64,000 bases of DNA from Callorhinchus milii. Taxonomy: Eukaryota. How positions within the stretch are numbered: the stretch's first letter is position 1; each line of letters opens with the position of its first letter. Below the pieces are notes generated by a model. The model had not been told where the DNA came from and searched no databases. It saw only the letters and a list, made by a program, of their open reading frames with translations. The stretch is from positions 34,288,001-34,352,000 of the forward strand of contig NW_024704742.1 in NCBI RefSeq assembly GCF_018977255.1, in the 5' to 3' direction. Positions 49,279 through 62,899 of this stretch are shown here, one piece after another. The translations under genes and the position numbers were made by a program.

Positions 49279-51310
49279 AAAAAAATTACATTTATATAGC
49301 GCCTTTCACGTCGGGAAGACGCTGGACAGTCAATGTTTCAGACCCGAGCTGGTGGTCCGGATCGGGGAGGGTGGAGGATAGGGGGGGATGGAGGGTGATC
49401 GAAAGCACGGTCGAAGAGGAGGGTCTTGAGATGGGTCTTGAAGGAGGCAAAGGAGGGGGCGAGGCGGAGGGACTGCAGGATGGAGTTCCAGAGGATGGGA
49501 GCAGATTGGCTGAAGACCTACCCACCAATGATGGGACGGGCGAGGTGGGAGACATGAAGCAGGCTAGAGCCCACTGAGCAGAGATAGCAGGCAGATTGGT
49601 AGGGGTTTAGGAGGGCGCAGAGGTAGGAGGGAGCAAGACCATGGAGGGCTTTGAAGGTGAGGACCAGGATCTTGAACTGTATCCTCCATGTGAGGGGAAA
49701 CCAGTGGAGTCGTGCGAGGATGGGAGTGATAGGGTCGCGGAGCCTGGTGCGGGAGAGGACACGGGCTGCAATGTTCTGGATGATGTGCAACCTATGGAGG
49801 GAGGATTTGGGGAGGCCAACAAGCAGGGAGTTTGCATAGTCAAGCCTGGATGTTATGAATGCATGTATGAGGGTTTCGGGGGCCTGTGGTGTGAAACAGT
49901 GGCAGAGTCAGGCGATGTTGCGGATGTGGGGAAGGCAGAGTGTGCATGTCACGGATGTGGGGTAGAAAGGATAGTTGAGGACAAGCAAGACCCCAAGTTT
50001 CCAGACTGGCTAGTAAGGTGGAGTGTGCATTCTTGAATGGTGATGCTGTCAGCGCCTAAGGTGTGAGGCGTTGACGGGAGCCAATCAGGAGAGCCTCAGT
50101 CTTGTTACATTCAACTGAAGAAAGTTAGCTCTCATTCAGGACTTGGTGTCTGACAGACATTCTGTCAGGGTAGGAGTTGTCCTGGAATCGAGGGTGGAGG
50201 CAGAGAGATACAGTTGGGTGTCATCCGCATACATATGCAAGTTGACCCCATGTCTGCAGATGATGTCACCAAGAGGGAACATATAGATATTGAAGAGGGG
50301 GGGACCAAGGACAGAGCCCTGAGGGACACCACACAAGATGGTGTGGGGGCTAGAGGAGAAACTGTTTGCGGAGATGAAGTGGAGATGGTGTGAGACGTAA
50401 AATCTGAACCAGTCAAGGACAGAGCCGTGAAGGTTGAAGTGAAAGGAGAGGCAGTGGATGAGGATAGAGTGATCGACAGTATCGAAGCCAGCAGAGAGGT
50501 CAAGGAGGACAAGGAGGCAGAGGGAACCCTGGTTGCAGATGGACAGAATATCATTTGTCACTTTGACAAGAGCTGTTTCAGTGCTGTGCGTAGCTTGGTA
50601 ACCTGATTGGAGGGATTTGTGAAGGGAGTGGTGGGAGAGGAAGAAGTGAAACTGGGAAGCAACGACTCATTCCAGGACCTTGGAGAGGAAAGGAAGGTTG
50701 GAGATGGGGCGGTAATTTGAGAGCAGGAATGGGACCAGGGAGGGTTTTAAGGATAGGAGTGATGATGGCCGTTTTTATAGAGATGGGAACGGTGCCAGTG
50801 GACAGGGAGAGGTTTATGATGTCTGTGAGTAGAGGGCCAATGATATGGAGCTGGGAGGTAAGTATAGGGTAGGGATGGGGTCAAAGGAGCAGGTGTTAGG
50901 TTTCATGTAGGTTATAGCGGTGGTGAGAGAGGAGTTTGAGACAGGTTCGAAGCTGTAGAGGGATGGGTAGCCGACAGGGTTTGAGGAGGAGATGGCGAGG
51001 GGCTAGTAGACGGAAGGGCAGAGGCAGCTGAGCGGATTCCCTCAACTTTGTTTTTGAGGAAGTGCAGCATTGCTTCGCAGTTGACATTGAAGGTAAGGAT
51101 GGGCGAGGTTTGAGAGGGTGGGAAGAGGAGCTGGTTGTTGATGGAGAAGAGGAGCCTCTGGTTGTCCTTGGCCTCCAAGGTTGTCTTGGAGTAGAACAAC
51201 GATTTAGCGGAGGCGAGGGTGGAACAGAAAGATTTGATAAGGTCCAGCCAGATTGCCGATAGACCATTAAATTGCATTTAAGCCAGGTGTGTTCAACGGC
51301 ATGTGGCTTA
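49279..51310 (-). mobile_element. L2 LINE, 5'-truncated, decayed RT region
   Basis: Minus-strand ORFs give LLVLLDLSAGFDTVDH, GVPQGSVLGP, YADDTQLYLS, IQNIAARVL, LHWFP..IQFKILVLTFKALHGLAPSYL. Tail gcgctatataaatgtaatt. Multiple frameshifts. Confidence 0.95.
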
Positions 51311-51535
51311 AATCCTTGCATTTGCGCCTTATCACGTCTTTGAGATGTCTCAAAGTGCTTCACAGAATATACCGTAAAGTGAATTGATTGTATATTTTGT
51401 GGGCAAAATGCGGCAGCCAATTGCGCACAGCAGGTCCCACAAACAGTTGTAGATTTTAGTGACCAATTTATTATTATTATTTTTTTGAAGGAAATATTAA
51501 CCCCGGAAAAGCAATCCGACAATCGATTATCCGAT
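51311..51535 (-). mobile_element. SINE family A 3' half; its (att)n tail is displaced to 49267-49278 by the L2
   Basis: aatccttgcatttg...cagccaattgcgcacagc. The missing ataataataatc is found on the far side of the L2. Confidence 0.88.
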
Positions 51536-52714
51536 TATTATCTTTCCCAGAGCAACGTTGCTGATGCCCACAGGAGGACTCCAGGCCCTTAGTTAAAAAC
51601 AGAAACTGCCTTGGAGGTGAAATTAGAAGGAAAGCAAAGAACGGAAACAAAATAAAGCTCCAGTTCTGAATAATCACATTTTATAAATCACAAACTCAAC
51701 AGTGTTTTGCATCACTCACAAATCCTTCCTGTTATATTGAAGAATTGACTGCAGAACTATTAAGAATCAGGAAAACGGCTGGAACAAAAATGAGTAATTT
51801 ACTGCAGATTTTCGAATCTCATACCACTACATCTCTATAATTGTAACTAACAGGTACAGATTTTACTACAAGAAAACCTAACACTACTGTATAAATTCAA
51901 AATGTTTCATTATGCCACAGGAGCTTGACTGAACAAAGAGTCTCTCCAGCTGCATGGTTTATGATGTTAGTGGGATCACAGATTACTACACAGAAATATG
52001 TAAGCAGTTCAGGCTTATATTACACCCCACCTGTTGCTAATTTCACAAGGAAAATGATTATTGAAAAGGCTATTTTATCACTCCCTGAAGTGTTGTTAGA
52101 CAAACGCAGCATTTGTTTCTCAAAAATCAAATTGTATTTATTACTTTATGGCATATTTACGTAGATAATTATGTCAGTACTATAATCAGAATAATTGTAC
52201 ACAACTAATGTGTCAATAACAGAGTCAAACGCCCACAATAATTTACTTCCTTGTGTCCAGAACAAGCCAAACTTTAACTCTGGATTATCTGCCAGTTTAT
52301 CATCAAAACATAGTAAAACTTCAGTAAAACATTAAGAGCATTAGATGAAGAAAAGGCTCCTCCTGCATCAAGCCTGCTCCTTCCACATGTTATGTGAAAA
52401 CCTACACCACCACAGACTTCATCAATCCACTCGATTCAATGTAAAAGCATTCTTCATGCTTTTTGATCTCAAAGATAATAAAGCCAAAAGTGAAAAATAT
52501 ACATGGATTTCCCATTTCTCAATATTTCAACCCTGGCCTGTTTGTCTCCACTGCCAATATTCTCCTTCCCCAGCAGCACAAAGTGATTCTCACTGGAAGA
52601 GTTTAGGGGCATTGATAGAGGAAACGTTTTGTTCCATGCAGAAGGTTATTAGAACACGGTTTGCTTTGCCACAAGTGATTATTGAAGCTGAGATCATGGA
52701 TTCTGTTGTTGGTT

Positions 52715-55700
52715 GTCGCAGAGCAGCCACCCCAACTGTTTCATTGCTCACTCTTTCCACAGCAACCGCCTCCGAAAGGCAAACACCCCTTCCCCGTCTC
52801 TCATCCGTACCCTCCCCAACACTGCCTGCTCCTCAAAATCCATGGTCACTTCTCCCCCAGGACCTCAAATCCTCTATACTATTCTCTCCATCACCACTTC
52901 CAACCAGCAAACCTATCCGCATTTCCGTCCAAAATGTCCGCTCCCTCTCCAAACAAAGCCCTTACTATCCATAACCTCATCCTGGATGGGCACATTGATA
53001 TTCTTGGGCTTACAGAAACCTGGCTCTCCCTCAGTGACTCCATCGCCCCCATTGAAGCCTCCCCTCCTAGCTACACCTTTCACAACAACCCCTGCCCCAA
53101 CCAACGTGGCTTCACTTGGTCTATTCCCCTATTCCTCTGGCTGTTTCTCCTCGTTTGAATATCTCATCCTCTACCGTCCCTCCTCTCTTCCCTCAAAATC
53201 TTCTTAGTTTACCGCCCCTCCACAAACCTCCTGGTTCTTTCCTCACTGATATCTCCTCTCTCTTCATCCCTTCCCTCTGCACTGAACACCTGCTCATAAT
53301 GGGTGATTTCACACACCACCTAAACTCTCCTTGCTCCACCTCCTCGGATTTCACTGCCCTCCTCTCCTCCCAAAACCTCACCCTCCACAACAACTCGTCA
53401 ACCTACAACTGTGGCCACTTCCTTGATCTCGTCATCACACATGGCCTTGACATTTCTAACCTGTCAATCACGGACAAGGCCATCTCGGACCACTTCCTCA
53501 TATCCCTCTCCTCTCACAACAGCCCTCCTCTCTTCCAAACCCTCCACCATCTTTTCCCCCCTGGAAAAAGCTTCCCCCTGAATCCCTCACAAATGCCCTC
53601 TCTTCCTTGGACGTCTTCTCCCTCTGGCCCTCCACCCGCAGCGATCTTAATGCAGCTGTCAAGCTGCTGAATAACCATCTCTCCACAACCTTCAATTCCA
53701 TGGCTCCCCTAAAATCCAGAGTTGTTTCCAAACCCACCAACTCCCCCCGGTACAACAGTAATCTTCGCTCACTCAAAACACAAACCCGGATGCTCGAGCA
53801 CAGATGGCAGAAATCCGACCTCACAATTCATCGCCAGCTGTGGCTCGAGCGCCTCTCCCTTTCACAGGCCAAAACTGACTTTTACTCCAAAGTCATCCTG
53901 GAGACAAACAACAATCCAAAGACGCTGTTTCCCACTGTTCATCACCTGCTCTGTGCATCCCCTCAAGCTCCCTTGATCCTCACGTCAAATGGCAAGGGCG
54001 AACAGGTCCTAGACTTCTTTGCCTCAAAGATTGGAAACATTCACTTGGCTGCATCGTCTTCCCCTGCCCCATGTCCCTTTCCAACCCACCCAGAACATCC
54101 ACACTGCCTTCTCCCTCCTCCACGGCTCCTGCCACTCCCCCTCCTTACACTCCTTTGGCCCCCAATTCTCCCTCCTCCCTCTCAACGACAATCACCCGGA
54201 TAAAGTTCACCACCTGCTACCTTGACCCCCTCCCCACCCAGTTGCTGGTCACTCAACTCCCCCTTCTTTCCCCCCGCTGGCCGACATGGTCAACTAGTCT
54301 CTCTCCTCGGGCTCTGTTCCACTCCCCCTGAAAACCGCTGTCATCACACCCCTCCTCAAAAACTCCACCATCGATCCCTCTAACCTCTCACATCTCCAAC
54401 CTACCCTTCCTTGCCAAAGTCCTGGAATGCATTGTTGCAGGTCAGCTTCGGTCACACCTCTCCCTCCATTTCCTCCTCGAGTCCCTGCAGTCTGGTTTTC
54501 ACTCTGCCCACAGCACAGACAGCGCTTGTCAAACTCATAAACAACATTCTCTCTATCTGTGACCAGGGCTCCCTCTGCCTCCTCATCCTCCTGGATCGCT
54601 CTGCCGCATTCGACACAGTCAACCACGCCATCCTCCTCCATCAGTTCTCCTCCCTCATCTACCTTAATGGAACTACACTCATACGGTTTGAGTCGTACTT
54701 AACCAACCACCTCCATTTCATCTCAGCAAGTGGTTTCTCTTCCCAACCCCGCCTGGTCACCTGTGGGGTACCCCGGGGCTCCATCCTTGGCCCTCTTCAT
54801 TTCCTTATCTATATGCTCTCTCTGGGTGATGTCATCCACTGACATGGTGTAAACTTCCACATGTAAGCGGATGACACACAAATCTACTTTGCCTCCTCCA
54901 GTACCAACTCCAGGTCCACCGATGAGCTAGCAGCTTCTCTGGCAGACATCAAGGCCTGGATGAGTATAAACTTCCTGCAGCTGAATATGGAAGACATTCC
55001 TGAAGATGGAAGACATACTTCTCGGCTCCCTTCAACATCTTCACTCCTGCGGATTTAAACTCCTCAAACTCCCTGGGTTCTCCCTCAGACTCACCGAACC
55101 AGTGCGCAACCTAGGTATCCGGTTCAACCCCAACTGTCCTTCCTCCCCCACATCCAGTCCCTGACTAGGACCACCTTCTTCCACCTTTGCCACATTGTCC
55201 ACCTCCGACTGTTCCTTACCCCAAATGCAGCCGAAACCCTCGTGCATGCGTTTGTCACTTCCTGCTTAGATTACTCCCCAGCTCCACCATTCACAAGATT
55301 CAGCTCATTCAAAACTCTGCTGCCCACATACTGACCCAGACCAAACTCCGTACCCACATCTCATGAGTTCTGGCCAGGCTCCACTGGCTCCCCATCACCG
55401 AACAGATCAACTTCAAGATCCTCACACTCGTGTTCAAATCCATTCCTCCTCACTCCCCAGTCCACCATCCAGCGCCTCCGCTCGACTGGCACCGGCCTCC
55501 TGCTCGTCCCTCACACCCTCCGCCCCACCATCAGAGGTCGTGCTTTCAGCCACTACGGCCCAAAGCTCTGGAACACTCTCCCTCAATTCCTCTGCCTTGT
55601 CCCCTCTCTCTCCTCTTTCAAGTCCCACGTGAAGACTTTCCTGTTCGACCGCGCTTACGGCCATCTCCCCCCTCCCCCAAGCTCAACGTCAGGCTCCGCC

Positions 55701-55770
55701 ACTGTTAAGAGCTCTGAGATGCTAGCCTGCGTGGAGGGCGCTATATAAGTGCAAGTTGTTGTTGTTGTTG
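52715..55770 (+). mobile_element. L2 LINE with nearly complete but frameshifted ORF2 (APE endonuclease + RT)
   Basis: QNVRSL, DILGLTETWL, LIMGDF, GHFLDLVI, ISDHFLI (APE); LLDRSAAFDTVNH, GVPRGSILGP, *ADDTQIY (RT). Tail gcgctatataagtgcaa(gtt)n. The 5' boundary is approximate. Confidence 0.95.
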
Positions 55771-56099
55771 AAAGCATTAACAATATTTAAAGTATAATTA
55801 GGTGTAACATTGGAAAGAGACAGGAAAAAAGGATGGAGGGGAAAGTGTGGGAAATTGTGATTAGAATAATTACAGTAACTCTTGTAAAGGAGCAAGTACT
55901 GTTTTAAGACTCAATAACCACTGTGCTGTAATTTCCATGATTACATGATTTGTTCATCTCATTCTATACCTAACCTTCGACCTTCCAATACTATTAGAAA
56001 GTTTGTTTAGTTTGTTTGTGGAGGAGATAATCAAAACACCTAGAACTGCATTAGCTGGGAATCTCTTCCACAAATAGCCTCAAATCTCTTCCACAAATA

Positions 56100-56455
56100 A
56101 CATGCTGGGCCTGTTTTCATTGGAGCAGAGAAGGTTTTACAATATCATGAGGGGTTTTGTTAGGGTAAATAGAGAGAAGTTATTTCACTGATACGGGAGT
56201 CACTAACTAGGGGACATAGATATAAGAGCCACAGAAGAGTGAAAGGAGAACTTAGGCAGATTTTTTTTCACCCAGAGAGCTTTTGGTATATGGAACATCC
56301 TGCTGTGTAGGGTGGTGGAGACAGAGTCTATTGTAGCTTTCAAGAAGGAAGTCGACAAGCATATGAAAGAGAGGGTCTTGAAGGAATATGGTGATAAAGC
56401 AGGGCAGTGGGATTGAAGCAATATCCTTGCTCTGTGAGCCAGTGCAGGCGCTGGA
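56100..56455 (+). mobile_element. CR1 LINE 3' fragment
   Basis: LGLFSLEQRR...FFTQRAFGIWNIL...VVETESIVAFKKEVDKHM. Confidence 0.88.
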
Positions 56456-56672
56456 GATTTCTCTGTTTGTATGTTTCTAACCAGTCAGTTAGTTCATTTT
56501 TGTTTGTGTCCATCATTATGTCATGTGATCTAATTTGCCCCATAATAACTCATTTGCCCCATAAAACAGTAAACCATGTCATATCTTTAGAAACTAGTTA
56601 ATGGAGACGATAACAAAGCTTTTATTTATTTGGACTCAGAGAGTTACATTTTGAGGAGAACCTGTTGGGTTC

Positions 56673-57060
56673 CAACAACAACAATAACTTGCATTTATAT
56701 AGCACCCTTCTCATAGAATAATGTCTTGGAGCATTTTACAATGCTGGATCGGGTGCCAAGCATAGAGATAGGAGAGATAGCAAAGAGATGACTATAGGCA
56801 CAGTCGAATAGGTAGATTTTAAGGTAGGATTTGAAGATAGATAGAGAGTGGGTAAGATGGAGAAGTTGAGGGAGGGAGTTTAAGGAACTCGTGGTGTAAT
56901 ATTGGACATGTTGGCCACTGATGGTCACATAGCATGTTTGAGTTAGTGATCGGTGGGGCCGAATAAAGAAGTGTGGTAGGATGAGACCAGAGAGAAGCGT
57001 GTGCTAGGGTGTGAAGATATTTGTAGTTGAGGGTGAGGGCCTTGAACTCGAACCATTGAG
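56673..57060 (-). mobile_element. Old L2 3' remnant, (GTT)n-tailed
   Basis: caacaacaacaataacttgcatttatatagc tail. Minus-strand LNSLPQLL...FKSYLKIYLFD. Confidence 0.8.
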
Positions 57061-58891
57061 AGACAGGATTAATGGTGTTCTTTGTTACCAGTCTATCAGA
57101 TCACATTTTCAAATTGTTTTCTAGGTTCACACACATATTCATGATTAAAAGCTCATATTATGACATTCTTACATCATTAGTGACACTGCTTTTAGATTAG
57201 TATCAAAAATGTGTCCATAAACTGGAGTATTATACTACTTAAAATAGTAGTAGATAGTAGTAAAATAGCATTAGTCTGCTTCACTGGTTAATTCATAAAG
57301 AAAACATGAATTGTGCACATTGCACAGAAACGTACACTTTTGTATTCCCTTCCTGAACCTTATTTCAGCTTCAAGCATGAGTTTAGTATTAGTCTCTGAT
57401 GCTGCTCACCTGAGAGTTGCTAATATCTGACATCCACTGAGTGAAGATTCAAACCTGTGATTGTTGAATGTCAAATGACCAACTAGTGACTATCCTACTG
57501 GGGGTTGGGGAGAGAAGGTAAGCCGGGTCTCTCTAGAGCTGAACCGATTTCAAGGTGAGTTTCTGCACTGGAATGTTCCAATTAAGTCAATCTACTGTTG
57601 CATTTTCCTGAGCCAGGCGGGTCTGCAGTTCTTCCAGGTCAATGGAGGGAGTTTTACTTTGTTTCTGACCTGTGCTTGATATAACCTGAAAATACTTGAT
57701 TCCAGCAAAGTAGGAAACATTTTCTTCAATAGTGATATTCTGTGGCTTCATGGCTACAAAAAACTCTACCAAGAATTTTTTTTAAAAAGGTCTTTTTTTC
57801 TGGTCAGCAGGGTGTCTGACATAGGCGGTAACCTTTCATCATGCTTAAAAGTATCCAAACAAAACTACTGAATGTTTCAGAATTTCTATTTGTTTGATAT
57901 AGGCTTCAATTCACCCTTGCTTACATCCAGAGAACTTAGATACAGGTTATCAGGCGTGCAAACACAACAAGGTTCCCACTGCTTGTTTAGCGAGAACCAC
58001 TCCACCCATCGGGGCTTGAGTTTAAAATACTGAGTCCCAATATTTTGGCATTTAAAAATTAATTAAAGCCCCCTAATTTTTTAAGCAAACCTTACCATAA
58101 TCACATGTTTTCAAAACAATGTTTAAGACTTGCAAGTGTTTCCATGAGAATACACATTAAAAACTGAAATAATTTAAAAGCATATTTGTTTAATTTAATG
58201 GAACACCAACTTTCAGTTGGAAAAAGGTAGATTATAGTACTTTGAAATATGTTTGTTCAATTTGAGTATGTATGTTTCTGGTTAAGGCAATCAGTGTGTA
58301 CAGTATGTGATGTTTAATAGGTGTTTTTCTTTAATTATCTTCATTGCTACACCACCCAGATAGTGTTCTACATGTGTTTTGTGTTTCCTTGTCATTTCAG
58401 GCATGACATTCCTATGTTCTCTAATTTTAGTGAAAATGTAGGCGTGCGTAAGCAGGGAACGATGTCGGGAGATTCTCACAAAGGATGAATCGTCTGTTTA
58501 GCATACTTTCAGTATTTCTACCCTTCATAATCCAGAGTTAAAATTTTTGGTTAAACATGGAAGAAAAGGCCAACCTGAAGCCTTGTCAAAATCTGCATTG
58601 CTGATGCTGAGAACACACATTGAAACTGAATGTTGAACTCTAGTGCTGCAATTACTGAGCTTAATGAAGGAGAAAATGTATCAGCAGAGCAGGGATAGAA
58701 TTGACTACTGAGTAGCCATTGTTGGGTACACAACAGAGGAGAGCAGGGGTCCATAGGTTTCTCACTACAGGAATAAGCCAATGCAGCAAGTCCACAACAT
58801 GAGACTGACCTAAGAGGGCATGATGGAAGAGTTGCGCATGAGGAAGCCCAAAAGGTTGTGACAGCCGTGTTTCCTGGTCGAATGTTTCAAG

Positions 58892-59199
58892 CAGGGAGAG
58901 TTCACCATGGAACTCACAGTCTGGTTTGGTTACTCTTAATCATGGCGATGATTTTTCATAAATGTCGGACACCCTTCATTGCTTACCAACAATGTGGGAG
59001 AATTTGCTCTAAGCGATCATGATAATTATTACCAGTGATAGTTACCACCAGTGATTATTATTTCAAGGACAGAATTTGTTATCTTTTTAAGCCTAAAGCT
59101 ATTTATTCTATCAGTTGGGTGCCTGACACATGCAAAAATCTAACACTATGCTTAAGAGAATCCAAACTAGATTGAGAATTCCATGGTGAACTCTCCCTG
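58892..59199. mobile_element. MITE with long (about 80-85 bp) terminal inverted repeats
   Basis: cagggagagttcaccatggaa (21 bp) mirrors ttccatggtgaactctccctg perfectly. Imperfect pairing continues to about 58974 and 59115. Confidence 0.85.
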
Positions 59200-60161
59200 T
59201 AGTGGGACTATTTCAGTGGCAATGAGGGGCACCAGACTATAGTACCATTGGGTTAGGCACCTACAGGAGTCATCTCGAGAGTCAGTTAATTTGCTGCATC
59301 CCATTGATTTATCAGGTATTTGAAGCAGTGTGTTGCCAAACGCTGAACACATATACCTCAGCAGCCATTAGGAATAGACCAAGCAGTGAAGGTTTTATCC
59401 AGTGACTATTAAAGGATTTGGACACTTTGTTATTACATGGACATTTTTATAGTCAGGGGAATGCTATTTCACAGCTCTGTTCAATTTTGGGTGTGTATTT
59501 TGTTTGATTTTCTTTTGTACAACTCACCCTTTATTTTAAGCATAATGAAAGACAGACTGCAAGATATATTAAACAGGACATTAAGTAATTTAGTTGTGCA
59601 GTGCTAGTGCTGTACATGTTCAGTGAAGGTTTTTCTGTGGTTGCCCTCTGCATGTCCTTCTCCTTGCTGGTGCTATACGTGTCTGATTAGGGTTTCCCCT
59701 AGTCAAAGGATTAGCACTGATGAACGGCTGCATGTACAACAGTTAGCATGCAGTTACAGAAGGCCCACTACTAACAATTGTGGCCAACACTGCATCACTG
59801 TCAAGGTTTCCCATGCAGTTGTCTCTGTTTATCTCCCAAACAAATCCAGTGTGCTTCCTTGTATAGAAAGAGTCTTGCTTTGAAGTCTGGGGATCAACCT
59901 ACTGTTGCCCTCTATGCTCTCTGATTCTTGTGCTTTTTTGTCCAACATAAGCATATTGTTGATTGAGAGCGTGTTCTTTTGCTCCTTATGGTATGTTCAT
60001 TATAAATAATAGGACACATTCATTTATTTTTCAAAAAGGAAAAAAAACTTTAAAAATTCCCATTAAAGCATGGAATAGTCACTCAGGAAATAAATTGTGT
60101 CAAAGGAGAGTTCCAACAGGTCGGTGTGATCTACTTCCAGTTATCGGCAGAAGTCCTCTTA

Positions 60162-60292
60162 AAATTAGTTATTCACTTCATGGCTGTTCCCCCACAAAAC
60201 ATACACAGTCACTAAACTTTACAGTATGTCCTGGAAGTACTTTGGGACATCCTACCAAATGTAAGGATTATTATTCAAGGATTATTATTATA
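60162..60292 (+). mobile_element. SINE family B 3' fragment
   Basis: attcacttcatggctgtt...acagtcactaaactttacagt...caaggattattatt. Confidence 0.75.
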
Positions 60293-62899
60293 AGGTATAT
60301 TCAGGAATCCTTTCAAAAAATTCTCATTTTGCCTCCACTTCCCCACCTCCCACATTTCTTACAAACAGCATTTTGAGAATGCCAAACTCACTTGAAATTT
60401 TTTTATCAATTTATTAAAATATTTGTTAGGCAGCCTTTAACCCATTTCTTTTAGCCTGTTTGAGAACAAAAGAGCGTAAATTCAAGATTGTGACTAGAGG
60501 AGTAAAAGGAGAAGTTCCCAAGAGAATACGGTACATAATTGCAAATATAACGGATGGCTTTTTAGAAGAGCAAAGACTGACCACAAAAACTGGATCGAAT
60601 GGCCTCCATCTGTGTCATACATTTGTATGGTTGTATAATGAAAAGGAGTGTTGAACTCTTTGTTACTAAAATCAGTGTGTGGGGCTACACAATAGCAAAA
60701 ACTTGAAACAGTGTACTTTCAGTAGCTGTTAGTCCAAACGACTTCTGTAAGACTATGAAAACATTTGACTGCCTTTAATCTTAATGTTTTAAATAACATA
60801 CAGAGTCTGAGCCTTGTCATCACTGTGAGAGAGACAGAATCCCCTTACAGCTGAAATGCGTGACATGGAGAGAGAAGCTAGGCAGTCACGATGTCTGAAA
60901 AATTGCACAAAACCTTGTAATATCAGTTTCAGTGGCTCAAAAAAGAAACATCTGGATGGGACGTGTCCCAAATAAAACAAAACCTACTGCAAGCAAAGAA
61001 AAAGAAAAGCCATGGTCTATCCTCAGCATTCACTCCCTACCTCAAACGTTCCAGAAAAAGGGAAGCAAATACCAAAGATGAGAGCTGTACGTCAATCTTA
61101 ATTATCACGGAGACTCATATTATTATGCCACTTTATGTTTGAAAAGACATCATTATAGAGTTAATTTGAAAAAAATAAAATCTCTGCATGTTAAACTTCA
61201 GCTTGTTGGGTCGCTTCATAAACTCCTGCCAGGTCAGGTTAGAAAACTTTAGAAAACCTGGAACTTTTCATTATCAGCAAATAAAGATAAGAAGCAACAT
61301 ATTTCCATTTGGAAAGAGACCTACTCCATGTGTTTTTTATATATATATATAATATAACCCAAAGCAAAATCTCAGAATTGCAGCAGCAGTACAAATCTCA
61401 GCTTCCTCAGTTAGCAATAAACTTTTTGTCGTGCTAAATGTTCAAACTTTTGTTCAAACTAAACTTATGCATACAGATGGAGATGGGTCAATTATGGCAT
61501 AATTGGAGATAAATGTTAAATACACAGTGGAAAGTGGCATAGATATATTGACAGGTCTTTCACAAATAATGTTTGTTTTTACTTTTTGAATCCAAATCTT
61601 ATTTTTATGTAGTTATTGCATTGCTCGTACTGGTTCTGTCACAGTGAAAACAAGAAGATGTAAAATGTGTGGAGATGAAGGTTGATATCAAGTCAGTGTA
61701 TGACTCACTCCCTCCCCCACCACTTCCAGTAATTGCTTTAAACAAACTAGAGAGACCTGGTGTGTCTGTTACCTGTTGGGTTACAAGGTCTTTAAAGTTG
61801 CAATTTTTCTTTCATGCTGTTGAACCAGATTGTCTCATTTATGAATAATCCATCAACCTGGGTGACAAATAGTCTTCTATATTTACTCACTGTGAATCTG
61901 TAGAGGGCATATAGTATTAGCAGCTGAACTCCAAACGCTGCTGTCAATCAAACCAGCTGGCAAACTAACATCTTTCTTGTCACCAAGGGGCTTTAAACCA
62001 AGAATTGTGCTTAATTCTCTTAAACCTTGCAGGTCAAAAGGTTTAAAAATTATTTTTTGACACTATTTCTACCATTTGACAACAGCGTATATCACACTTT
62101 TCAACATGCGCAAACAGAAAAGATACTTAGTGTCCCTTTTCCCTTAAATAAGTTGACAGCAGGTTTCAGTTCAACTTTGTTTTGCCCACTCTACGAGTAA
62201 AATAGTGCAGTGTTGTCATCACTTAATCACGGTGTATGGAAACAGTGTATTAATTTATTAATTCCCCACAGGGAGTGTCAGCTTGATGGGATTTGTAATA
62301 TTATTGTAAGTTTAAAGACTCTCCAGTTGCAGATTTGTTCTATGCCCAACATATGACAATGATTAGGACACTTTTGAAATCTGTTGACAGAGAAATGTTG
62401 ATAAAGAGTACTTGTAAAGCTCTCTCTCTCTCTGTTTATTCTCACTTTCAGTGCAGTGATCATAAATCTATAAACCCAGTGGTCAGATTTTAAGTTGTGT
62501 GCTGTAGGGATTATTTATGTTGCCCACTGCAAAGGAAAATCAATGCTTATTTGGTTGAAAATATATGAGTCCATTTTATGGCAGTGGCATGGCATATTTC
62601 TCGAATATCCCTTTTACCATTTTGTAAATGTCACCTTCCCTCCACTTCATAACCTCTCACTTCTACCACCCTGAATGATGAATAGGCGGAAGGCAGGCAA
62701 ATTGAACTACACAAGCTCCTGCATCAACAGCAGATATGCTGCTCTGGGGATTTGCAGGTGGGGTACAAATGTCTCATAGGACCAGTCTGAAACGGCTGCA
62801 AGGTTTATGCTACACAATCATATCTCACATAATGCACATGAAGTCTTGACAGCATACATGTTGGGGTAATACCTGAGATTAAGATTTGAGATTAAGATT

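Noticed and set aside
50896..51522. 208-aa ORF on the minus strand
   Set aside because: Chance read-through from a SINE into an off-frame L2 segment.
52345..52974. 209-aa ORF as a host gene or L2 ORF1
   Set aside because: Only the last residues (PIRISVQNVRSL) are recognisable, as the L2 endonuclease start. The rest has no domain I recognise.
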